The notes below the pieces were generated by a model. The model was not told where the DNA came from. It searched no databases and saw only the letters and a program-made list of their open reading frames with translations. The position numbers and the translations under genes were made by a program. A DNA stretch of 64,000 nt, taken from the NCBI GenBank assembly GCA_051047955.1, contig JBPGPT010000012.1:186001-250000 (forward strand), in the 5' to 3' direction. Below, piece after piece: positions 41,205 through 52,631 of the stretch (position 1 is its first letter; each line of letters opens with the position of its first letter). The stretch comes from Cystobasidiomycetes sp. EMM_F5. Its lineage: Eukaryota.

Positions 41205-41981
41205 ATGGCTGCGAGATGCAACTATGAGCTGACGCTGGGCATACTAAAGCCCTCTCTTTACGCTTGCGCGCCTGAAGTCTCGGCAGTTCTTCGGTCGGTA
41301 CCAGTTGCCAGGCTGTTCAGAAACGCAATCTATATTGACTATCCAGTGCAGCGAAATCCGTTCTCACGGCTTTGAAGTACATTGCGTCTCGAAGTGAAGA
41401 GAGCTGGCAGAAGCCGCTAACGAAAAGCACTCTACATCTCATGTACGCAAGATATGCAGATCCAAACGGATACACTGGAATAGGGAAGACGCCGAAGCCT
41501 TCTATGCTGAACATCGAGGTGCATGGCTTTCACTTGTTTTGGTTGCTCTTCGTTCCGAATGAATGCAGCTTTACAGGCCGATTCTACTTTCCCCGCTTGG
41601 TAGCAGCCATGTCTGAGCCGTTCCTTGCTCTAGCTCTCGGCAAGGAAAATGCTATTCAAGAATGGAGAGCTCTCATAGGCCCAACTCATGTCTATCGCGC
41701 TCAATGGCAACACCCAGAGTGTCTGAGAGCGAAATATGGCATTAGTGGTAAGAATACTGCGGTTTTGCTCATATACCTCGATGAGCTGCTGAAACAACAG
41801 CACAGATACGCGCAATGCCTTCCATGGATCGGACAGTAGACAATCCGCGCACCATGAACTAGGTTTAGTCTTCGAAGGTAAAGCCGCAGGCCTAGAATCG
41901 ATCGGAGCCAAGCTAATCGTGTCCAAAGGCTTTGATACCAACTGGTTTATTGACCAGCAGTCCAAGCGAGGCGACGCCTAG
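41205..41981 (+). CDS. Nucleoside diphosphate kinase, NME6-like (group II)
   Basis: LTLGILKP, FYAEH..RFYFPRLV, WRALIGPTHVYRAQ..PECLRAKYGIS|DTRNAFHGSDS (catalytic His). Confidence 0.88.
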
Positions 41982-42007
41982 CTACCCGAATATTGACAAC
42001 AACAACA

Positions 42008-45000
42008 TCAAGACAGGGCCATATCTACTTCCACATCATCGCCGCTCTTCTGAGGAACGGTCCGCGGCGAGATTGACTCGTCCATGAAATCATCAGCTTG
42101 AGGCGATACTGGAAAAGCTGAGCTCGCCGCCGAAATCGGTAGCGTATCGTCCCGCACAAGCGCTATCGAAGGATTGACTGTCCCAAGCGCACTCGCAAGC
42201 GGCACTCTGCCTGGCTGTACGGACAATGGCTCAGGATTTGGAGACTCTGCCTTTTCGACATCGATCGTCAACGCTTTACTGTGCACTTCCTCTATGGATA
42301 TGTCTTCTTGAGTGACGACAGGAACACCTCTCGCGTTGTCACTATGGCTTGCTGTTGGATCCGTTTTTACAGTCGATAATGGTGAGTTTGATAGAGACGC
42401 GGTAGATTTGGGTGGCTGCGGAACCGGCGCCGAGAACATAGCTTTTATCGTGGCTTCGCTCTTGAGCTGTCGCACTCGTTCTGTTTCTTCAGCTCCACCT
42501 GTGACAGGTTCAGCGCCTTGTCAGAACGAAAGAGACGTACACTTACCTGTTCGCTTCAGCATTTTGCCCTCAACGAAGCCGTTCAGTTCGCTCGCAAATT
42601 CGTTGGCCTTGTGCGAAGCCTCTAATTTGCGTGCTTTCTCGGCTTGTTCGATGGCTTTCATTCGTTTCGCCGGATCTGCGCTGAGTCCTTTGACTTCGAG
42701 CATGACTGTCCGAAGTCCTTCATGGCCAGCTTCAGGCGAAGGTGGCCGGTATTCTGGACGGCGACCTCCGGAGGCTTGCCGAAGTGACACATATTGCTGA
42801 ATCTGTTCGAATATTGCAACGACGTTCTCGTGGTCGGCTTTAAGATCCGTCAGGAGCTCCTCCTGATGATTGAGCAGCTGCTGTTCTTCCACTATATTCT
42901 GAAGCTCTGCCTCCCATGTCTTCTTCCACATCGGTTTTACCGTTGCTATGTACTTGGAAAGATCATCTAGTTCCGTTTGGCGGGTCCTCATGGCTGTCGT
43001 GATGGCCTCTAGCTGCTTCGGCTTAGGCTTGATTCTTCGAGAAATAACGTCGTTCTTGAGATCATCAATACTGTCTTGCAATTCTTCTATTTTCGTGAGC
43101 AGATCTTGACTCTTATTATCCAATTTGATCTTTCCAGAATCGATGAATGCCCTGGAGCCCGCTACATTGCTAGTGGCGAGATCTTTGACACGCTCCGTCT
43201 GCGTCCGCAGCCCATTAAGCATACCCGTAGTCTCTTGGCGGAAGTCAACGTAGAGCTGTCGAAGTGCTGCAACCTCCCTTCGTGCATTCTGTATATCTCC
43301 AAACTTGCGTTGTAAATCCAAAGAAAGCGATAAGCTGACATGCTTTGCATTCATCGGAGCCGTAACTTCCGCATTCATCTTTCCGGCCACAGACGATCCC
43401 GAGTCTGGATGCATGGCAGTCGGTAAGGGAGGAGGGATGTTTATATCAACCGCAGCCTCTGGATTAGGTTGAGAATCCGAAATAGTAGGTAATGCGCGCG
43501 AAAAGCTGGTCGCCGGCGACGCGGAAGTACTACCCGCAGCAGGCTGTTGGAGGTATATTGCAGATGCAGCGATAGACGCGCGGCGATTGCTGTTGAGCGA
43601 TGTCTTCAGTTCACGAAGCTCTTTGGCTAGCCCTGCCAACCCTTCGTCAATATGCTGCTTGACCTGATCGAGTGCTATATTGCAAATAATAAGTCAACTT
43701 TGTATCGCAGTAATAGCATGTCGACCTACGTTCGACGTTGAGACTCAGTACACAATGATCCGAGATCTCCTCCAGATTTTCGAGTTCATACTGCACACCG
43801 CTTGCAGGATCTCGCAAGTATATGGCCGGAAAATCTGCGAGCCCTGGATTATACGTGAAGCGCTCGGTGAACAGCATGCGAAGGGAAGCTATCGTAGGCG
43901 CTTCTCGCATGTCCAATTTCGCTTTTTTCATATCTCGTCCAAGCTGGAGGAATACAGTCTTGAGGTGAGGTGTCTGAGTAACAGGGATCGGCACGACATT
44001 GGCAGGTATGCTGAACACCGATTCATTCCCCGGAGTTGGCGTGACTGCTTCGTCATCCAATGTATCGTCGATGCTCGGATTAGCGGAATACCGCGATGCT
44101 GTAGATGCAACGGAAGCGACTGAGTCCTTGCGAGTGACATTACTTGGCCTCCGTATAGCGTGGTCAGGATGTAATTGTTCGGCCCGTATTTGCGCAAGAG
44201 ACTTCTCATCGTCGTCCGCTCTGTTTTGATTCAACTCGTCTTCCGTTTCCTCGGCGACCACAGAAAAGCGCTTCTTGCCGCCGAATGCTGTTCCACACAA
44301 AATCAGCCTTCATTTCAAATATTAGCGGTCGGCTTACTGTCTGGCGAGAAGGAAAGAATTGGCAAGCCGTTCAGAGGAGGGAGAGCGGGCACTTCGGGTA
44401 ATTCGGAATTATTAGCTTTCGGAGATCTAACGCGACGTCTCCGCTGAGGATCATTCGGATCTGACTTTGTATTCGTCTGAACGTATTCGCGAGCCGAGTC
44501 ATCGCGATCCATGGGCAGACTTCTGCCAGGCATTGTCCCGCTAAGTGCGGAGCTCATTGCTGCGCTGGAAGGACTGGAGACTACACCCATAGAAACGGAT
44601 GTGCTCATTTTGTTCATGGTATACTGCGAGAAGCGTTTGCTGGCTCGACGCGCGAGCGGGTCAGCTTTCTTCAAAGCTTCCAGGCTAGCATCGTCTCCTT
44701 GTCCGCCGGGTCGAAGACCCTGTATAGGCCGTAACACGCTTCTGGGAGGTGTCGCAAAAGCGGATGGTTGCCGTGGCGCTTCAGACGATGAGGCGGTACT
44801 CGCCTGATTAGGCGTAAGAAGAGACTGACTCGGCAGACTGACACCCTCTCCAATTATCGAAGTACCTAATTGGGCGGTCCCAGGCAAAGGTAAAGGCGGC
44901 CGTGGAGGAGCGACGGCTTGTGCCTGGCTGGATTTTGGACCACTGCTCGACGGTAAAGGTGGTAAGGGTGCGTCCGGTGCAGGAGCTGGTGGATCTCCCT

Positions 45001-46199
45001 CTCGCCTGTTTGAGCGTATAGATGAAGATGATTTGGATTTCGTCAGGACCGGCATCTCCCGCCCTTCACCAGACGGTCTTCGATGTTGCTGACTACTGTG
45101 TCCAGTCTCGGATGCAGCTCGTCTGTCGTGTCCTTCGGGGTACGAAGCTGATGTGGATGGGATAGGAAGCAAGGCGGGCCCGCTGTCGGCATCGAAGGAC
45201 GCTTGGCGTGTATTTAGAGCGGGCCGGCCAGAGGTTGACGGAATTGGACTGACACGGCCTTCTACCGCTGTAGAACGGGGCGCGAGATTACTGGAAGCCC
45301 CCAGATTACTCTTACTACTCCGGTGGCCACTAGCAGGATTGTTCGTCGAGGATGATTGCCCGAGAGACGTCTGACTGGATTGGCTTGAAAGGCTAGCTTG
45401 CCTTGTCGGTATGCTGCCAGCATGGACCGTAGGCTGACTACTATGCCCACCTGAGATACGTGCTGAAGATGGACCGGGCGCCGTGCCCCCTGAACTGAGT
45501 TCGCTGGATGTATTGCTCTTCTCAGCTGCCGAGATCAATAATGCTGCATGACGATCCTGTTTCTCCCGTAGGCCTCTGAGCAGATCCAATATAATAGGCC
45601 TTATCTTTGGAAGGTGCTCGTTGAGTGTAGCTGTCGACGCCTCCTCGTTGATGGCGGCTTCTAGGCGAATCCGCAATAATTGTGGAATCTCCTTCAGGTC
45701 TCTGTAAATCCGTGTGCACAAGGTCAGGATGATGGTTGCAGGCGTCATTTAAACAAACGTTAGCGTACTTCATGCTGATTCCCTCACGGGAGAATGCGGC
45801 TACGGCCGCATTGAAGCAATTGCCCAAGCGAACGTAAATATCGCTGACTTGCTCTTCAGATATCTTGCCTTGCGACCAGTCTGTCAGTCCTTCGAGCAGC
45901 TGCTTTGTCGACACCAACAGTTTCGTTACTGTGCTCTCGAGGTGTCCGCCCGCCCCGGTGCTGCTTCCACTCGCACTACCGCTGCTGCCCTGTCCAGTCA
46001 TGCCGTTGCCCGCAACATAGCTCGTCCGTCCTCCCGTTGAAGCCGAGTATCCAGTCGCGCTGCTGGCTACGCTCGACTGCGACGTGATGCGGCGCCCAGT
46101 GTTTGCGCCAATGCCTGGTGGACCGCGTTCATGTGCTGCATTGCCTATTGATGCGGCCGCCGACGAGGTGGAAGACGGTCCATGCCCTGCTCCGGACAT
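42008..46199 (-). CDS. BUD6: Bud site selection protein 6 / actin-interacting protein AIP3
   Basis: LESTVTKLLVSTKQLLEGLTDWS..VSDIYVRLG, LARRASKRFS, VFLQLGRDMKK, FPAIYLRDP, KPMWKKTWEAELQNIVEEQQ. Confidence 0.93.
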
Positions 46200-46379
46200 A
46201 GAAACGTCCTGCGAGACGTTCAGTGTGCTTCAGACTCGACAGAGCCTGCTTGTGCAGAGTGGTCGGTCGGAAATGGCCAAAGAGACTAACGGCAATGTAC
46301 CAAGACCGTCCAAAAATTTAGTAGGTTACAACGACATGCGAAAAGACAATGCTATCAAGAGCAACATTGCCTCTCCCGC

Positions 46380-47285
46380 TCATTCATCATCATCCATCTC
46401 CTCGTCCCGGAGAGCCTCGCCATATTCAATACTTTCAGTTGGATCTGGGATGACGTTTGCATAGGCGAGTTGCGGCGGTCTCTCCCCTTGCTGCACGACA
46501 GCGAATTCTGTCTTCCCTTTGAATAGTCGTATGAGCCGCAGGCGTCTGTACCCATCTCGAGATCAGTGCTGCCCGTACTCGAAGACAGGCCGAAAGCCGA
46601 CCAGAATACTCACTTCAAATATCCCGAACGACCGTCTAGTGTATCTAGCCAGTACCTTAGAGAGATGATACTGACTTTATCGCTGAGGTCCGGCATGACT
46701 ACAGCAAGTTGTGCCTTTAGTTTGTGTAGTAAGGAGATGTGGCGTATTTCAAGACCAAACTCACGAAGACCTTGACGCTCGTATTCAAGCGCATCCCGCA
46801 CTTTTGCAGCCTCTAGCTCTTCTTGTCTCTTGCTCTTTGGCCTGCCTTGCCTCCGAGCCTTCGTTTCAGCTTCCAATTCATCGTCCAAGCGGTCGAGGAA
46901 CCGCTGGGCCAGCTCGTGCATCTCGAATGGCTCCAAGTGCGTTCGGTCCGGATCTATAGTCTGAAGCTCTCGCACGAACCACAGAAGGCGATTGACTGGA
47001 CAAAAAGTAGGCTTGAGATCCAATTTTACACAGCCCTTCTGCGGCCGTTGGCTCACTTTGTTCAAATTCGACATGCTGACGGGCCTTTTTCGACTGCGAG
47101 CAAAACGATTAGCCCCAGGAAGGAGTTGAGCATCCTGTCAACAGCCTCACCTGACCGACTCGCTGGTTCCGCAGGTCTACTCGAATGGTCTGCTTGAGTC
47201 GCCGGGATTTCGGATGGAGATTCGACTGGCCATTCCCCTTCTTGCCCTGCATCTGGCCAGCAGTCTTGACCTTATTGTTGCCCAT
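46380..47285 (-). CDS. TMA16: Translation machinery-associated protein 16
   Basis: LHPKSRRLKQ, VNRLLWF, FLDRLDDELE..RRQGRPKSKRQ, VMPDL, W. Confidence 0.8.
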
Positions 47286-47561
47286 AGTGGCTCAAATGGT
47301 CGTTGCTCAATGTCGTGTTGCGCAAACAACAAGCAAGCCTGAGCATTTCTTGTCCTCCAGTACTGTAAGCTAGAAATAGGGGCAGCATGAAAACCGCATC
47401 CTTTGGCGCATTCTCCGCCTAGTTTTACAACAACGACGTGGAGACTGTCTACTGATGCTGACTTTGTCGACGGCTGAAGTGTCCATTTAATGAATCTGCG
47501 AAACTTCTACTTGGATTTATTGGCACTTCTGCGTGAACGACAGCAACTAGCTGCTACTCCT

Positions 47562-50282
47562 TCATACTTCAAACTCCGTCGGATACGGCCACATACTGTT
47601 GTGCCAGTCGTCCATGAGTAGATCGATTGCTGACACCCGACTTGCGACTTCGATATCATCATTCAGCGTGACCAGGGCCTGACAAAGAGGGACACGACAA
47701 CGTCAGCGCAATCTTTTACGGCCATAACTATCAGATGGCTCACAGGTCCGTCTGAGCGCATTAAAGAATTGCGTATGTCCTTGAGGTCGTTTTCCACTAC
47801 TACCGGTACGCGCAGCGAAATGAACTGAGAAGGCGTTTCGCCAATAGCATACGAGTACCGCTGTATTGATCTTATAGCGTAGTTTCGCAGCGACCATCCA
47901 TTTTTTGCTGCCACAGCTCGGCCTGCGCCAAAGTCGGCGTTGCGCCAGTCTTTGATTGAATCGCCAATCGGAGGTGGAGCAGTGCCAGCCGGCTCCGCAG
48001 GTCCTTTGCCAGCCTTTGGCAAGAAAGCCTCTAAACCGCTGCGACCGCTCTTTGCGAGAAGAGCTGCAATCAAGCAATCGCCACATGTCGTCTCTTTGAA
48101 CGCTACTTGCCGGAATACGTCTGCACACGATTGCAATTCACCAGCATACGTATCCTTGTCGAAGTCATGCCCGCCGAAACACTGCATGACATCAATGGTG
48201 CAGGTGACTTCCGGATGCATCAAGGCTTGTCGAGCCACAGTCTCTTCGTCATAGGCTGGCCAAGGATCATAGAATGGGCTGCCGGTATTGCGTAAGCCGT
48301 ACCCGTTGGCGGATGTGAAGGTATAATTTGTCTCTTTAGCGCGCTGCAAGCGAGCATCTGACAAAAGATCAGAGGCATGCTGATTGCTGAAGGCTTCCCG
48401 CTCGGGTCGGGTAACCGCGATGTTTCCCGCTGTCTCGTTCGTAAAGCTGCTCCTCAAACCAGCTAGCAGGGCCTGACGATCGGCGACCGTCATTCTCGAA
48501 GACCAGTTTTGGGTACCGGATACTCGGACAAAGTAGGACCACAAAAGCGCCTCGCGATGCTTTTCCATTAGATAGTAGGTGGCCAGGAACATTGTGTTGA
48601 CTTCAGTCTGTTGACCACGGAAGCGTATTTGAGCAGTCTCTGCTAGCTCATGTGCCCATACCGTTGCGACCTCGTCAAGAAGCGGCCGAGACAGAGTTTT
48701 ACCTTCGTGGACGAGGTAAGGTCTTTTGCGCTCGCCAAATCGTTGGTCTACATGATACGGACAAAGCCCATCAGTGATAAGTACACACATATATGTATAT
48801 ATATATATCGTAGCTTCGCTCACTTAGTAGCCAGTTGCTGTACTCAAGGCCTGGCCACTCCCCATCCGGCGTACTGAGCGATTGGCCTTTAGCAGATGCC
48901 GAGACCAACAAATCCCTCTGTACGCGAAGGACTGGCCCGAAAAGCGGTGTGAAAAGGTCGGATGGAGCAAGTGACTAGATTTGTGATTGAGAGCGATCAG
49001 CTTAAAACTCTCGACAAAGATCTGTATCGCGCCTTACCCTGATGATGTAGCCATCATCGTTGAGGTAGAAGAGGTTTTCCGTCTTTGTGTTGAGATTGGG
49101 TAACTGACTCTCAATGGCAAGACTATTGTAATTTGGGAGGGTGTTGCCACGCCAAGTCTCAGCAGCGCTTGCGTTTGGCGTTTTGAACAGATCCCAGTGA
49201 AAGTCGACTTGCAACCGAGAGGCAGAGTCTTGCTCGTCCGGAGCTTTAAGCCACGATGGGACTTGTCCGACTCTATCTTCGTCGTCTCTTTGACACTCGT
49301 CTCCGTACTCGTCCGTCGTATTGGGGCCGCATACGGGCAAGTCGCCGGCGACGATATGGAAATTGTGTGCAAAGGGCAAATTCTGCACGGCGGATCGTTG
49401 AGAGTAGCGGAGCTCATGGTGGGATCGGAAGTGCTGTTCATTCGCACCGGGAAGTAACATTTTCCGCAAGCCGCCTCCAACGGCTAGCCTCCCTGCCCAA
49501 AAGGCGGATGACGATACGACCTGTCTTGGTTCTGGCATTTCCACTACAGCCGCAGCGCGACTTGAGGAGAAGCGGCTACTACGTCTTCCTTGTGGTGCTG
49601 AGCTGCTCTTGCCCAACGCATTTCGCCAGTCAGTTCCATGCTGATTTGCAGGTCCTGCCCACGTCCAGACGACGTCGAGCTGGCTTTCCGGCAGACCATT
49701 TCGACGAATATCATCGCATAGCTCGCCACGGGCAATCCAAGCCTCTGCGCAGTCTTGCGAGAACATAAGCTGCGATTCGAGCGGAGATAGTGGACGTTTA
49801 AGCGGCTGGTACGGGGCGGAGAGTAAAGTATCGAATGGCTGCCACCCTTGATCTAACAGTTCTTGCGGAACATACACGGCAGACTCGTTCTCGGTCGAGC
49901 TACTCGTAGTATTTGGCTCTGCAAGCCCAAATCTAAATTTGGATGGCAAACAGGCTGCCAGGGAATGAGCGGTGTAGAGGTAGATTAGGCAACCGAGTGG
50001 GAAGACAGCGACGATGCATGCAACAGTCCAGTGTCTACGGTGTCGATGTATGTGTGTCGCTAAATGCTGGACAGCCTCTCTTGTTTGGTATGCTATGGAG
50101 CGCGACCTGTGACGTTCGTAGCCTTTTTCATCGATAAGCAACGGCGCGACCAGAGTTGCGTTACTGCTGTTTGATGAGCCGTACGCAGTGAAAGCCGAGC
50201 TCTCACGCCGTGCTCGAGGACTGCCATACCCTGCAGATTCGCCGTCGCAGTCTTCCAGATCCAACGAGTCTGCGACTGCCAT
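47562..50282 (-). CDS. Stealth-family sugar-phosphotransferase, Xpt1 (xylosylphosphotransferase)-like type II membrane protein
   Basis: Single N-terminal TM. CR1 LDVVWTW, CR2 FRSHHELRYSQRS..YNSLAIES..YLNDD, CR3 RKRPYLVH, EKHREALLWSY, CGDCLIAALL..SG.SGLEAFLP, CR4 LNDDI..WPYPTEFE*. Confidence 0.88.
48789..48808. repeat. (AT)n microsatellite within a Stealth gene intron
   Basis: atatatgtatatatatatat. Confidence 0.7.
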
Positions 50283-51003
50283 TTGACTTCAGGTCCCCCG
50301 ACGACACTGGCCCAGCCAGCCGTACGAGCAGGAGGATCAGCTGCAGACCATATCAGAGATGTCCACAAATTTGGGTTGAAGGCTGAGTCCGCAGCAGCAG
50401 CATCATCGCAGCTCTCGCAGCTGGACGCGCAGTTTTCTAACTTTCATATTTTGTATTTATAGTGCGTCAAACACCGTGCCGCAGGGCTGCAAATAGCCAC
50501 CCCGAACAAGGGCGGGCGACTCGCGGCGCATTGCTCCAAACAGGTGCTGAGCTTGTATCTGCTGCACATTTTTTCACAGTCGTTCATGGATAGATCAGCG
50601 AGGCGACAAAAGTGAGCGGACTAGCTTCCCGTCCACCAGGTGGAGATCTCTGCCGAACCGTGGCGGGGATCCCTCAATAGACCAGTTTTATCGGCAAAGC
50701 TTCGAAAAGCATTTTCGCAGCCTGCCTAGTCTGACTTCGCGCCATATGCTCACTCATGGATGCATCCGCTTCTGATCCTATTCTTCGCCGCAAAATACTT
50801 GTACGACATCCACTACAACCAATGCACGCATACGTCGTCGCCTAGTATTGCCAGCTGATGCACCTTTACAGCAACTATACCATTCCATCAGCGACTATGG
50901 AAGTTTTAGACCTTTCAGTTGCTTGTCTGGCTGGTACCTGTAATTTCCGGGACTCACCTGAAACCAGCCATCCTACCCACTGACGAAATGACCTGATTTT
51001 TCG

Positions 51004-52358
51004 TCACCACCTAAAGCATCCAAACATCTTACTCGAGCCGTGCCGATCATCTTCCATCGCGCTCGTCCTCGTCTGCCCTTGCTTTGGTGCTTTCAGGCTC
51101 ACTTTGGCTGCTTCCGTAAAGACTTCGGTGATGCCGCGGCCGTGCTTGGCACTACACTCCAGGTATCGCGACGCACGTGCCCGTCTCGCAACAGCCAGAC
51201 CCTACGTATTCGCTGTCCCTTCAGCAAACCACACTAGTCTTCTTCACCAAAACAATTGTGCGGAATTCACCTGTTCATACGCCACAGGCTTCTCGCCTCG
51301 TAGCGCCAGCTTCTGTATGACTGACGGATCTTCTCTTAAATCGCATTTGAGAGCTGATCATGAGCAGTACATTGTCAAGCAAATGTGCAAGCTTTGCCCG
51401 AGCTATAGTCTCACATACCAACCATACAGATCTTCACGCCAGGACATTGCGTTTGCCTGGCAGGAGATACATCAGCTCTGCTATACGTGCAGTCTTATAT
51501 GTGACGCACACTTCATCGAGCCACTTATCCTCGATATTATCGAGTGACACGCTGCGATTGGGAAGTAAGCAGTGCATCGAACGGGCTACGAACAGAGGGT
51601 GCTCACGGATTATCAACCTAGTAATGGCCACCGAGGTTCAACAAGCGCTTTCCAATTTTACAGCTCGGCAAATCCACGTACCGAGAAACATAGTAAGATG
51701 ACCTGATTTGCGCGTCATTTCAGTATTCTATTCTGCTATCTGGTAATGGCTGGTCCGTACATGTGTATCTGCGTATGATAGTGATCTCAACATGTCGAAC
51801 TCCTCCTGACCTGTTTACGTGCGGACAACTCATGTTAGCGTAATTCAGCTAGCATCGCGGAGTAGATTATACCGGCTGTATCCCATAAAGCAAGTTCCAC
51901 AGTTTCGTTGTCTCTGAGGAAGTGTGGGTCTCGTTAGCACGATAACATCGGCATACCAGCGCTGGATGGCCTACTCTTGTAATTCGACAGCGACAGTGTG
52001 ATTTTCAAACACAGTTGGCTCGTAGTGTTCCTATAGACGGTGAATATGCGTCATAACAGATCTGTGAGCTGCGAGTTCGTATACGTGGTACAGGCCGACA
52101 AACGGGAAAGGTCCCTTGGACGTATACGTTCAATCTGTCATTGAAAACCAATCAGTCCGTACATTCGCTTGAATGAACGTCGCGGTCAACCATTCAGGTA
52201 ACACTCACAAGGAAGTCTTGCCGCAGGCTCCATCGCCGACGACAACAATCTTCCGGTAGTGCTGGCCATTCACATCACGTCACGTCAGTCTTGAGCCGTG
52301 ACGCTGCAGCACACAAGAAGCTGACAGGTTTCCGTCGCGTTGCATAGTTGGATGTCAT
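51004..52358 (-). CDS. Rho-family small GTPase, Rho3-like (12 coding exons; absent from the ORF track)
   Basis: Spliced RKIVVVGDGACGKTSL, YEPTVFEN, LALWDTAGQEEFD, ALKCDLR, YLECSAK. All junctions GT-AG and in phase. Confidence 0.92.
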
Positions 52359-52631
52359 GGCAGTAAGTAGTGCTGAATGTTGAGACAGAGCACACTGAGC
52401 AAAGCAGAGTGAGCACGGTCTGGGCTGTTGGACGCAAGGTACATTTGCCACCATATTACGAGGCGGTACCTGATGAGGCGATGTTTACGTGAAGAAGCAC
52501 CGGAGAGAACGCGACACTGCCTCGCAAGCCGGCGGGTAAAGGCGATGATGCGGAGATATCTACGTTTGTTCCTTAAGCATGGCGACAACAACGATACCTG
52601 AACACGTATACGTTGGCCAAATACGCCATTA

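Noticed and set aside
41979..41996. TAG-CTA readthrough-like context at the NDK stop
   Set aside because: The extension is only XLPEY*, with no targeting signal such as PTS1.
51960..51985. Apparent in-frame TAG in the Rho gene, suggesting a pseudogene
   Set aside because: The TAG is part of a GTAGGC intron donor. Splicing to the downstream CTAAC..CAG acceptor restores the frame.
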